DNA of 64,000 nucleotides. It comes from an uncultured Victivallaceae bacterium (GTDB taxonomy: Bacteria > Verrucomicrobiota > Lentisphaeria > Victivallales > Victivallaceae). Positions 9,167 through 18,769 of the stretch are shown piece by piece. The stretch spans positions 1-64,000 of the forward strand of contig CAYODJ010000007.1 of the NCBI GenBank assembly GCA_964402715.1, given 5' to 3'. The translations under genes and the position numbers were made by a program. The notes below the pieces were generated by a model. That model saw nothing but the letters and a program-made list of their open reading frames with translations. It was not told the DNA's origin and ran no database searches. Each line of letters begins with the position of its first letter. The stretch's first letter is position 1.

Positions 9167-11434
9167 TCAGCGGAGCTTCTCCATTCCCGAGAGCTGACCG
9201 TCGAAAACGACCTTGCCGTCCGCATCGGTCTGGCGGAGATGCAGACCCACCGCCCCGGTCCGGTTGAATTTCAGTTCCCAGCGGACTCCGGCCGGGTCGG
9301 TCAGACGGACTCCGTCGCAGGCGCCGTCGCGGAAGAGCTCGGTGTCCGCCATCCGTTCCGTCCCCGGCAGGGCGGCCTGAAGAACATGGAGGAATTCCGT
9401 GCGCTGCCGCGGGACGGCGTCGCCGACCTCCAGCCTCCACTTGCCGGTCAGCAGGTAGGATTTGTCCCAGTCAGGCGAATCGTTGATCTCCCAGTTTCTC
9501 CCTGACGCGAAGAACTCCCTGCCCTGTCCTCCCTCCTGATGCATGACCGCTTTCTCCGGCAGGAGAGTGCGGACGAAGAGCACCCCGCCGTGCTCGACGC
9601 GGCGGGTGCGCCCGTCGATCTCGACGGGCTTCGTCTGAGTGTGGAGAAGAAATTCCTTCCTCTGATCCGGCCTCGCCGACGCGACGCGGTCGTAGACTAC
9701 GAAGACGTCGGGTTTCAGCCAGACGAACTGGCGGACGGCCTCTCTGCATTTCTCCGCGGAGTAACAGCCGGAGGCGTCTCCGGCGGCGTAGATGAAATCC
9801 CCGGAGCTGCGCAGCGCCAGCGCCTTGGCCTTGCCCATGGTGTTCTGCCCGCCGTGGTTGTAATAGGTTCTGCCGTCCGGCTTGTATCCCCATGCTTTCC
9901 AGAACGGCGGCACCGGCTCCTTCTCCTGATGGATCAGCAGAGTGTTGTGGGCGACGCTCTGCGCCGCGTACATGTGGTGGTGGGCGGTCTCGCAGCGGCT
10001 TCCAGCGTCCAGGGCCAGGAAGTTCCTCTTGTAGATGATGAAGCTCAGCTCGTCGTAATGCTGATGGTTGGTGTTCTCCGATCCGAAACGGAAGCTTGCG
10101 AACGTGTCGTCCTCCCCGGTTCCGGAGCGCATGAACAGCACTCCGAACGAGGGCGCGTAGAAGTAGGGCAGGTGCCGAACCGCGGCCGGTTTCGCGGCGG
10201 CGACGCGGTCCGGATCGAAGCCGGTCAGAAGGAATGGCAGAAAGGAGTATCCCGGCAGGAGGTTGCGGAACCGCACCGACACCCTGCGCTGACTTTCAGG
10301 CAGTCTGGCCATCAGGGCGTAGGCCTGCTCCGCCTTGTCCGGATGGCTCGCGCCGTAGAAGTGGATTGTCTGCGCCAGATGGGTGTACATCGCGGCGCTG
10401 GAGAACATGTTGTCGCGGTGCTCCTGATCGCCGAGACCCCAGTACAGGAACTTTCCGCTCGGATCCAGTCTGATGGCCGACCATTCGAACCAGACGGGAT
10501 AGTCGCACATCTGGCTCCAGCGGCGGCTCAGATCATCGCCGAAAGCGGCTTTCCATGTGTGGAAGAAGTGGAACGTGGAGTAGGGGTAGATGCCGAAGCT
10601 GTACGCCGGAGTGATGGCCGAAAGAAGGCCGGTGCCGCCGGAAATCCGCTCGCGGTAATCCATCATGTCGACGAAAAGCCGCGCTCCGCGGCGCAACATC
10701 TTCTCCGCGCGCCCGTCGTCGATCCCCGCGCCCGCAGCGGCGATTCCGGCGTACCACTCGAGGCTGGTCTCTCCGTAGTTGCCGTCGGTGAAGCTGCCGA
10801 TGGTGCGGCGGAAACTGTAGGAACCGCCGGGCTGGGACTTGGTGATGTAATCCAGCAGCGGCATGAGAAGCTCCCTGCGTTCCTCCGGAGTCAGATCGTT
10901 GTAGATCCAGTCCCATGCCGCGAGGGACTTTATCCTCGTGTTGCCGTCCAGGTCGGCCCAGATGCCGGCGTCCGCCGTCCAGGCGAGGACGTGATTGGCG
11001 AGTTTCAAGTACGCCTTGGCCTTTTCAAAGTACTTCCTGTCCCCGGTGAGCAGGTACAGCATGGCGGCGTCCGCCGCCTGATCGCTGCCGTTGTAGCGGA
11101 ACAGTGTGTGTCCCTGCTGCGACGGATTGTGCAGCTTGACGCCGCCGTCCGGAAGTCTGTCGAACAGGGAGGTCTCCATGATGACCGGGGCGTCGTCGGG
11201 GAGGGCATCGACATTCTTCTTCAGGGCGTCGAATTCCGTTTTCGCCGCTGCTGCTGCGCGACTCCTCAGAAGCGGCAGCATGTCGGCGTTGAGAAACAGC
11301 CTGGGATGATCGGGACGCAGCCTGTGAATCCAGCGTCCGTCGCGCAGCAGTCCGGTGACGTCTCCGGCCGAAGCCGTGCAGACGGAGACGGCGATGCCTG
11401 CGGCGAGTATTCCGTACAGCAACAGTTTACGCAT
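9167..11434 (-). CDS. Secreted heparinase II/III-like polysaccharide lyase family protein
   Basis: Signal peptide MRKLLLYGILAAGIAVSVCTASA; central and C-terminal blocks resemble DUF4962 and heparinase II/III domains (HGGQNTM..., NTLLIH). SD GGAGGAG 7 nt before ATG 11434. Confidence 0.55.
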   Translation of the reverse strand: MRKLLLYGILAAGIAVSVCTASAGDVTGLLRDGRWIHRLRPDHPRLFLNADMLPLLRSRAAAAAKTEFDALKKNVDALPDDAPVIMETSLFDRLPDGGVKLHNPSQQGHTLFRYNGSDQAADAAMLYLLTGDRKYFEKAKAYLKLANHVLAWTADAGIWADLDGNTRIKSLAAWDWIYNDLTPEERRELLMPLLDYITKSQPGGSYSFRRTIGSFTDGNYGETSLEWYAGIAAAGAGIDDGRAEKMLRRGARLFVDMMDYRERISGGTGLLSAITPAYSFGIYPYSTFHFFHTWKAAFGDDLSRRWSQMCDYPVWFEWSAIRLDPSGKFLYWGLGDQEHRDNMFSSAAMYTHLAQTIHFYGASHPDKAEQAYALMARLPESQRRVSVRFRNLLPGYSFLPFLLTGFDPDRVAAAKPAAVRHLPYFYAPSFGVLFMRSGTGEDDTFASFRFGSENTNHQHYDELSFIIYKRNFLALDAGSRCETAHHHMYAAQSVAHNTLLIHQEKEPVPPFWKAWGYKPDGRTYYNHGGQNTMGKAKALALRSSGDFIYAAGDASGCYSAEKCREAVRQFVWLKPDVFVVYDRVASARPDQRKEFLLHTQTKPVEIDGRTRRVEHGGVLFVRTLLPEKAVMHQEGGQGREFFASGRNWEINDSPDWDKSYLLTGKWRLEVGDAVPRQRTEFLHVLQAALPGTERMADTELFRDGACDGVRLTDPAGVRWELKFNRTGAVGLHLRQTDADGKVVFDGQLSGMEKLR

Positions 11435-11708
11435 GCTAATCTCCTCCGTGTTGGCGGCCGCGCGGTTCGCGAATTCCACGCGCCGAAGCGGCCGGAAGTG
11501 CCGTAATATCGCCGCGGGCGGACTGTTTTTCAACGCAGTGAATCAGGATGATTCAGAAATCTGAGAGGCGTGTCAGGTCGCGACATGCGCGGGAATTTTT
11601 GTTCAGACGGCGCGTCCCGGGCATGGAATCGCGGACGAAAAAGGCAAAATGGCCGGGATCCGTCCTTTGAAAAGAGCGAATCGGGGCTATATTACTGCCG
11701 GTTGTCCG

Positions 11709-11785
11709 GCACCCGTAGCTCAGCTGGATAGAGCGTCTGCCTCCGGAGCAGAAGGCCATGAGTTCGAATCTCATCGGGTGTACCA
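11709..11785 (+). tRNA. tRNA-Arg (anticodon CCG)
   Basis: Cloverleaf folded by hand: acceptor GCACCCG/CGGGTGT, anticodon loop CTCCGGA, T-arm ATGAG-TTCGAAT-CTCAT, CCA encoded. Confidence 0.8.
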
Positions 11786-12238
11786 ATTCCGACTCGCCGC
11801 GAAGCAACGACTTGCGGAAACCCGTAAGAATCCCGTTTCAGCCTGTTATGGCGCCGTTTTGGCGCCGATTTCATAAGAAAATCCGGTACGCGATGTGCCG
11901 GATTCCGGATTCAGACGCCGTCGGACGGAGATTTCTCTCCGTCCATCCGTCCGCGTGCAGGCGGATCCGTCAGCAGGAGAAGCGTCCGTTTGCGGGGACG
12001 CGGACGTTCATCCGTAAAAAAACGTAAATTTTTTTCAGTGGAACGTTTGCATTCCGCGGCGGGAGCACTGTATTTTAACGAGCGGACTCCGCCGGGATCG
12101 ACTGGACGTTTCGGCGGGGCGGTGTTTTTTTTATCCTCACGTCAGGAGAAAGACGAGATGACGGCAGCGAAGATCGTTTCATTTCCGTGGATTTTCGGTG
12201 GATGTCCCGTGCCGTCTTTCTCTGATCTGACTGCAAGC

Positions 12239-12275
12239 AAGCAAGCATTTATTTTATAAAAATAAAAGCTTGCTT
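12239..12275. repeat. AT-rich imperfect palindrome (AAGCAAGC-[AT-rich 21 nt]-GCTTGCTT) in a GC-rich intergenic region
   Basis: Read directly from sequence. The AT core itself is near-palindromic (TTTATTTTA/TAAAATAAA). It could be an operator, a terminator-like hairpin, or a promoter UP element. Confidence 0.5.
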
Positions 12276-12614
12276 CCTCCGGCCTCCGGTTTTCGGGACG
12301 GATTCTCTTCCGATGGTCTTATCCCGTCTTTTCCTCCTCCGGCGTTCCGTGTCCTGACGATTTTCATTTTCCCGTCTTGTCCGTCGACGGCTCTCGTCCG
12401 CCGCCGGTTTTTCCGCAGCAGATCCGCCTTTGGACGTCCTGTCCGGATGCGCGGCGCGGCGGTCCGTGCCCACGGAACCGAAACCGTGACGGAGGCCTGC
12501 GTAGAGACGACCGCCGTCAAATCCCATCTGTCACGCTACCATCCCGCCGCCGTTCCGCGGTGTTCGCCGCCGCTTTGCTGAATCGAAAATTTCAACGACA
12601 AACAAGCCAAGGAT

Positions 12615-14156
12615 ATGTCGCTTATGGGAAAGAAAAATAACGATGCCGGATGTGTCAGGGCGGATCGTCATGCGATGCGGCGGGCCGCCGTTTTCGCGGC
12701 GGCGATCGGCTGCGGGATGCTGACTGGGTGCGGAACCCTTAACTTCAGCACCGCGAAAGCGCCTGGCGAGGAATATCACGTCTCCGTCCAGACTCTGCCG
12801 GTCTACGAAGCGCCGGCGGCGGATTCCAAAATTGTCGCGTCCCTGAATCTCGGAGACAGCTTCACTGCGGAGGAAATTGTGCAGCCGACAGGGCATCTGT
12901 CGGCGGATCAGGCCGATCCGTGGGTCCGCTCCGTCCGGAACGGCGTGAAATTCTATGCTCCCGGCGGAGCGGTCATCAGCAGACAGCTCTGGGATGCGCA
13001 GCTGAAAGGGCTGCCGCCGCGCGGCGAGGCCAAGGTCAAGAATTTCACCTCGGCCAAGCACCAGGAAAGCGACGCCGAGCTGGAACAGGCGGGGAGCTAC
13101 CGTCCCGGTTCGCTGCGTCTGATGCTCGGGGCGGCGGGAAAGACGAAAGCGGCGTCGGAAACCGCGCATCCGGAAGCTCTGACCGACTACATCGTCGCCC
13201 AGAACGGCAGACGTGCCGCCGCGGAACTTCCGAAACAGCAGAAGTCCACTTTCGGGCTGCCGCCGCTTCAGGCGTTCACCGAAATCGGTCCCTATCAGGA
13301 GTTCGACCTCGGGGCGGGGCTGGCGGCGTTCATGATGCCGAAAGCGCTCAGGCCGGATCATCCGGTCACCCTGTACGTCGCGGACGTGGTCGGGAAGCTG
13401 CTGAAGAAGTCCGCCATGCCGCAGACGTTCAGCGGATATCACGTGCTGGTTCTTAAGGACGATGAAACCGTCAACGCCTGCGCCGCTCCAGGAGGATTCG
13501 TGATCGTGACGACCGGCATGCTGAAATTCCTCTAAAACGAGAACGAGCTCGCCATGATTCTCGCCCATGAGATCGGACACCTTGAATTTCATCACAGCGT
13601 CCGCGACATGGGAGCGGAGAACTACGCGGCCTTCTCCCTGGCCGCTCTGGACGAGGCCACCGATCTCAATGATCCTGCCGTGAAGCAGGCCATCGTCGAT
13701 CAGGCGACCGAGGTCACGCGGGCCGTTCCGTTCTTCGACCGTCTGGATCCTGCGGTTCAGCAGCAGCGAATCGACGATGCGGTCTCCGCCGCGCTCAAGG
13801 AGGCGCAGGAGGCCAAGTCGAAGGCTCTGGCCAAGATGTCGGAGCTGGCTATGATGGTGGGCGACACCCTCCCCACCGGCTACAACGTCGAGTTCGAGGC
13901 CGCCGCCGACCGGCGCGCCGTCAGTCTCGGCAGCGCGGCGGGATATGACACCGCCGCGCTGTCCGGAGTGCTGGAGCGGCTGAAGAAGCTCAACAACGGA
14001 TTCGGAGAAGCCTATCCGGCGGATCGCGACGTGCGGGTGGAGAATTTCCGTCGGAATTATCCGGCGGCGCGGAACGTCATGTTCGTCGGCAGCTACTCCG
14101 ACATTCAGAAGAGCGTCGGCTCTCTGGGGTCGTCGGATCTCTTCGTCAACAAGTGA
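12615..14156 (+). pseudogene. M48-family zinc metallopeptidase (LoiP/BepA-like, lipoprotein signal) interrupted by an in-frame TAA
   Basis: ORFs 12615-13535 and 13554-14156 share a frame. The stop TAA at 13533-13535 falls inside ...APGGFVIVTTGMLKFL*NENELAMILAHEIGHLEFHH, i.e. just before the HEXXH active site. Confidence 0.6.
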
Positions 14157-14217
14157 AGCATGCTCGGCGGCGTTTCCGGTTTCGGGGAGACGCCGCCGGC
14201 CGGCAGGAGCCAGTGCA

Positions 14218-15906
14218 ATGAAAAGACAAAACAGCGACAATCGGCCGCAGTTTGCAGATATGGCGGAGAAACTGGCGTCCCTGGAGGCGGTTCTGCTGGA
14301 ATGGAAGGAAGAGCAGGACAAGGCGGCGCAGAACCGCGAGAAACGCTGGAGGAAATACGCGTTACAGCTGTGCGGCTTCGTCGGCATCATGGCCGGCTTC
14401 GTCTGGACCTGCTCCGAAATGGGCGCATGGTATTACGAAAAGCTCCAGATCGCCAAAATGGCCGACCGCTACGCGGCGGTTTCGCGGGAGCTCTATGAAA
14501 AGGAGAACAACCCGGAGGTGGCTCTGGAGCTTCTCTCCCGCGCCATAGATCTGGACGACGGGAATTTCGAGTACCGCTTCCAGGAGGCATACATCAAGGG
14601 GGCGGGGGCGGTCCGCCTCCTGCTGAACCTGGATCGTCCGTTCAACAGAGAGGAGCTGGATCGCGCCCATCAGGCGCTCGCCGACGCGAAGTTTCTCAAG
14701 GAGCTGCGCCCGGAACGCGAGGAAGGATATATTCTGGAGTCTCAGATTTACACGGCGCTGCGGGATTATGAACAGGCCGAAAAATCCATCCGGCACGCCA
14801 TGCGGCTGAATCCGGACAACTCTTTCGCGCAGGTCAGATACGCGACGCTGCTTTTCAACCGCAGACGGCTCTCCGAGGCGTCGGAGGTGATCGCGCGGGC
14901 GCTGAAGCTGGATCCGCAGTCGCAGTGGGCGCATCTGTGGAACGGTCTGATCCTGAACGCCATGAATAAGAAAAGCGAGGCGATCGCGGAAATCCGGAAA
15001 GCCATCGAGCTGAATCCGAAATTCGACACGGCGATCTACAATCTGGGATGCTGCTACCTGAACGCGCGTCCGCGTCAGTTCGCGCTCGCCAGGGAGTGCT
15101 TCCAGAAAGCTCTGGAAATCAATCCGGCCTACAAGGAGGCCTATTACCAGCTCGGCATGTCCTACGGCTATCAGGATCGCTACGACGTGGCCCTGGTCTA
15201 CATGGACAAGGCCATCGCGCTGGAGGCCGGCTACCTGACCGCCAGAAACTGGCGCGCGCTGGTTCTCTTCGAGATGAAGCGGTACGAGGAGGCCGTGGAC
15301 GAGTACGGCAGCGCGATTCTGCTGGATCCGCGCAACGACGAGCTGTACGTCCGCCGCGCCGCCGCCGCTCTCGAATGCAGGAAGATAGACGCCGCCGTCA
15401 GGGATCTCGATTTCGCGCTGGAGCTGAACCCGTCCAACGTCGAGGCGGTCACCATTCTCAGCAAAGTCTATGTGGAGACCGGCAATTTCGACCTGGCTCT
15501 TTCGAGGATCGGCGGTGCGCTGCAGGTCTGCTCCGACCGGAACATGAAGTCGGAGCTGTACGGGCTGCGCGCGGGACTCCGCCACAAGATGAAAGACAAC
15601 GCGAACGCCGTCGCGGACCAGACGCTGGCGGTCGAATGCTACAGAAGCAAGTACACCCTGATGAAACGCGCCCTCTACCTCAAGGATGCCGGGGAGAAGG
15701 ACAAGGCGCTGGCGGATCTGACGGAAATCCACCGGATCGATCCGTCCTACGCCCCCGCATGGAAGGAGGAGACGCTTCTGCTGAGCGATTCCAGTCCTAA
15801 GGAGGCGCTGAACACGCTTGACAGGTATCTGGCTCTCCGCCCGCAGGATCAGTCCATGATCGAATTGAAACGGAAAATCGGAGAGGCGGCCGCGAAGAGG
15901 AAATGA
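14218..15906 (+). CDS. TPR-repeat protein with one N-terminal TM helix
   Basis: Multiple 34-aa TPR-like repeats (AxxxxxALxLxPxxxxA/YxxLG pattern) over about 450 aa. Confidence 0.65.
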   Translation: MKRQNSDNRPQFADMAEKLASLEAVLLEWKEEQDKAAQNREKRWRKYALQLCGFVGIMAGFVWTCSEMGAWYYEKLQIAKMADRYAAVSRELYEKENNPEVALELLSRAIDLDDGNFEYRFQEAYIKGAGAVRLLLNLDRPFNREELDRAHQALADAKFLKELRPEREEGYILESQIYTALRDYEQAEKSIRHAMRLNPDNSFAQVRYATLLFNRRRLSEASEVIARALKLDPQSQWAHLWNGLILNAMNKKSEAIAEIRKAIELNPKFDTAIYNLGCCYLNARPRQFALARECFQKALEINPAYKEAYYQLGMSYGYQDRYDVALVYMDKAIALEAGYLTARNWRALVLFEMKRYEEAVDEYGSAILLDPRNDELYVRRAAAALECRKIDAAVRDLDFALELNPSNVEAVTILSKVYVETGNFDLALSRIGGALQVCSDRNMKSELYGLRAGLRHKMKDNANAVADQTLAVECYRSKYTLMKRALYLKDAGEKDKALADLTEIHRIDPSYAPAWKEETLLLSDSSPKEALNTLDRYLALRPQDQSMIELKRKIGEAAAKRK

Positions 15907-16081
15907 GAGAGCGCCGTTCCATATCCTCTTTCAGAGGGACTCTGAAGCGGTGGATTTGTTCCCCGCAGGTGCGGGGGTTCGTCATCGCCCGCGTTGTTCC
16001 CAATGCGGCGCGGACTCAATCTTCTCTGCGGAGAGATCGACGCTGAAAAATAACGGACACCCAAACGGGAGACAGGAAATC

Positions 16082-17374
16082 ATGGCAGTCGTCAATGTGG
16101 TGAAATGGGATGCCGCGCCGGGGGTGCTAGCGTGGAAATTTCCGAGTCAGGAGCTTTCGACATGGACGCAGCTGATCGTCTCGGAGTCGCAGGAGGCGAT
16201 TCTGCTGAAGGAGGGCAGAATCGCCGGACCGTTCGGCAGCGGGAGGCATGTGCTGAGCACCGCCAACTATCCGGTGCTGACCAGTGTCCTGAAGCTCGCC
16301 ACCGGCAGCACCCCGTTCACGGCCGAAGTCTGGTTTCTTCAGAAAGCATTCAAACTGGACGTGAAATGGGGAACCAGCGACGCCATGCAGCTCGAAGATC
16401 CGCAGTATCACATCATGCTCCCGGTACGTGCGTTCGGCCAGTACGGCATCGTGGTGGAGGATTCCGCGAAGTTTCTGCTGAAGCTGGTCGGGACACTTCC
16501 CGCTTTCGTGGAGCGGACTCTGGTCGGTTATTTCAGGGGGATCATCGTCACCAGCGTCAAGGACATGATCGCCAAATATCTGGTTGAGAAGCAGGTGTCG
16601 ATCCTTCAAATCTCCGCGCATCTGAACGAAATTTCCTCTTCGCTCGAAGAGCGGATCAGCGGAGAGCTGGCCGAATACGGCATCAGGATCGTCAGCTTCA
16701 ACGTCAACTCCGTCTCCACCGACGACCGCGACCCCGCCGTCCGGAAGCTCAAGGAGGCGCTGGCCGCCAAGGCGGAGATGGACATCATGGGGTACAGCTA
16801 CCAGCAGAAGCGCGCTTTCGACACCATGGAGACGGCGGCCGGCAACAGCGGCGGCGGATCCGGAGTCATGAATGCCGGAATCGGTCTCGGCATGGGCGTC
16901 GGGCTCGGTGCGCCGATGAGCAACATGATGAGCATGATCGGGCGGAATCTGCAACCTGCCTCTCCGGCGGTGCGCTGCCCCGGCTGCGGACGGACGGCAC
17001 CGGCCGACTCGGCGTTCTGTCCGGGGTGCGGCGCGTGCTTCGAACAGCCTGAGCAGCCGCAGGGAGGAGGGATGATCGAGTGCGACAAGTGCGGCACCAG
17101 GAGTCCGAAAGGCACTAAGTTCTGCCCGAACTGCGGAGATGTTTTCTTCTGTTGCCCGGAGTGCGGTTGCGACAATCCGGAGGACGCGGCGCTGTGCCGG
17201 TCATGCGGCAAGCCTCTGCCACTGAAATGTCCCGAATGCGGCGCTCGTCAGCAGGGGAAGGTCAAGTTCTGCGGAACGTGCGGCGCCAAACTGCAGAAGG
17301 ATTGTTCGAACTGCGGAGCGCCGCAGACTTCCGGCGTCAAGTTCTGTCCGGCATGCGGCACCAAACTGAATTAA
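16082..17374 (+). CDS. SPFH/band-7 domain protein with five C-terminal zinc-ribbon repeats (COG4260/YdjI-like)
   Basis: N-terminal SPFH-like domain (VVKWDAAPGVLAWKFP...), then CPGCG...CPGCG, CDKCG...CPNCG, CPECG...CRSCG, CPECG...CGTCG, CSNCG...CPACG. SD GGAGA precedes ATG 16082. Confidence 0.65.
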   Translation: MAVVNVVKWDAAPGVLAWKFPSQELSTWTQLIVSESQEAILLKEGRIAGPFGSGRHVLSTANYPVLTSVLKLATGSTPFTAEVWFLQKAFKLDVKWGTSDAMQLEDPQYHIMLPVRAFGQYGIVVEDSAKFLLKLVGTLPAFVERTLVGYFRGIIVTSVKDMIAKYLVEKQVSILQISAHLNEISSSLEERISGELAEYGIRIVSFNVNSVSTDDRDPAVRKLKEALAAKAEMDIMGYSYQQKRAFDTMETAAGNSGGGSGVMNAGIGLGMGVGLGAPMSNMMSMIGRNLQPASPAVRCPGCGRTAPADSAFCPGCGACFEQPEQPQGGGMIECDKCGTRSPKGTKFCPNCGDVFFCCPECGCDNPEDAALCRSCGKPLPLKCPECGARQQGKVKFCGTCGAKLQKDCSNCGAPQTSGVKFCPACGTKLN

Positions 17375-17384
17375 GGAGACGACC

Positions 17385-18089
17385 ATGTTCAAATCACCGA
17401 GAACCGCCCTGCTGATTCCGGGAGTCCTCTGCATCGGAATCACTCTGTTCGCCGGAACGCTTCTCGTGCGGCCGGAACTGAGGAACACGGCCTACTGGTA
17501 CACGGCAGGTGCGCTGATGGCGGCCGAAGCCATGGTTTTTCTTGCGTTCATGGATGTCGGCGGCGGCCACCGCGACCGCGCCATGCCGTTCCGCATAGGG
17601 AACGTGCTGGTCGCCGTGCTGTACCTCGTTTTCACTTTCGTGATGATCATCCCGTACGCGGCCGAAGCTTCGACGAACGCAATCTGCCTGCTGCAGCTCG
17701 CCGGTCTCTTCACGGCGCTGACGCTGCATGTTCTCTTTCTGCTGGCTCACCGTGCGGTGTCAGATCAGGCACGGAGGGCTGCTGCGGAACGGGCGGATGT
17801 CGTGAACTTCAAAGTGGAGATCGAATCATTCAAGACGGAGCACGAGAATCTGCTACTTAAGACACCGGAGCTTCGGGAGGAGATGCGTGAGCTTTCCGAG
17901 GCGGTGCGTTTCGCGTCCGAAAGCATCCCCGGTTCCGAAACGGCCGATTCGCGGATACACGACGCGATCGGAAGACTGAAGAAATGTGCGCAAACCGATG
18001 ATGCCGACATGAGGGTGCTCTCCGTCATCATTCAGGAACTCCTGGTTCTTTTCCGGAAACGACAGATTCTGATTCGTGGGCTCCGATAG
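17385..18089 (+). CDS. Membrane protein (4 TM + C-terminal coiled-coil), unknown function
   Basis: Hydrophobic N-terminal half, charged helical C-terminal half; starts 11 nt after the upstream gene. Confidence 0.5.
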   Translation: MFKSPRTALLIPGVLCIGITLFAGTLLVRPELRNTAYWYTAGALMAAEAMVFLAFMDVGGGHRDRAMPFRIGNVLVAVLYLVFTFVMIIPYAAEASTNAICLLQLAGLFTALTLHVLFLLAHRAVSDQARRAAAERADVVNFKVEIESFKTEHENLLLKTPELREEMRELSEAVRFASESIPGSETADSRIHDAIGRLKKCAQTDDADMRVLSVIIQELLVLFRKRQILIRGLR

Positions 18090-18139
18090 GAACATCGTCC
18101 CGATTTCATCAGCAAATCAAAAGAGGAGAAAAAGAGAAA

Positions 18140-18484
18140 ATGAATTGTCCCTATTGTGACAATCCACTGCCGCTTCAGGCGGCCCAGTGCCCCAGCTGCG
18201 GCGCAACGGTTCCGCAGACGGCGGGTCAGGCGGGTGCATCTTCGCCGGTGACGCGGCAGAAGTCCCCGTGGCTGGCCTCGGTGCTCTCTCTGTTTCTATT
18301 CGCTGGATGCGGACAGATATACAACAGACAGGTCGGTAAGGGAATTCTCCTGATCATCCTCTGCATCATATGCTGGAGCGAAGATCTCGGTTTCATCCTA
18401 CAGATCGTCGGCGGCATCGACGCCTACAGGATCGCCGCGAAGATCAACGGCGGGCGGCAGGTGGGCAAATGGGAGTGGTTCTAG
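18140..18484 (+). CDS. Zinc-ribbon + TM2-domain membrane protein
   Basis: CPYCDNPLPLQAAQCPSCG ribbon; TM2-like LSLFLFAGCGQIYNRQVGKGILLIIL...GGIDAYRIA. Confidence 0.6.
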   Translation: MNCPYCDNPLPLQAAQCPSCGATVPQTAGQAGASSPVTRQKSPWLASVLSLFLFAGCGQIYNRQVGKGILLIILCIICWSEDLGFILQIVGGIDAYRIAAKINGGRQVGKWEWF

Positions 18485-18620
18485 CTCCCTGCGTCCGGGA
18501 ATAAATGCGCCGGATGAGTCAGCGGGATTATCGGTGCCGGAAACTGGAGCTGATGATCGGGAATAACCTGACAGAAAGTACTTCAATGACTAAAGTCAAG
18601 GGGATATGAAAAAAAGGTAG

Positions 18621-18707
18621 TGCCCCTATTGCAACAATCCACTGCCGCTTCAGGCGATCAAGTTCCCCAGCTGCGGCGGTGCTATAGGAGTTGCTGTATC
18701 GGCTTGA
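18621..18707 (+). pseudogene. Decayed duplicate of the zinc-ribbon N-terminus (fragment)
   Basis: CCCTATTG(C/T)(A/G)ACAATCCACTGCCGCTTCAGGCG matches the start of the 18140 gene nearly exactly. It encodes *CPYCNNPLPLQAIKFPSCGG..., the start codon is replaced by TAG, and a stop follows after 29 codons. Confidence 0.5.
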
Positions 18708-18769
18708 CAGATGAGCTGCAGGTGTTATCCCTGAAGGGCGAAAACCAAACAATAAGGAGTGTTTTGGCG

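Noticed and set aside
11553-11876. Short ORFs overlapping tRNA-Arg on both strands
   Set aside because: They overlap a well-folded tRNA and have no RBS or domain.
11786-12614. Prophage or integrative element at tRNA-Arg
   Set aside because: No integrase, no direct repeat of the tRNA 3' end, no phage-like ORFs. Kept only as an uncharacterised noncoding region.
12531-14390. 619-aa minus-strand ORF
   Set aside because: Antisense to the M48 peptidase gene. Arg/Pro/Gly-rich junk typical of high-GC opposite-strand frames, no domain, no RBS.
14362-15732. 456-aa minus-strand ORF
   Set aside because: Antisense to the TPR gene. Compositional artefact.
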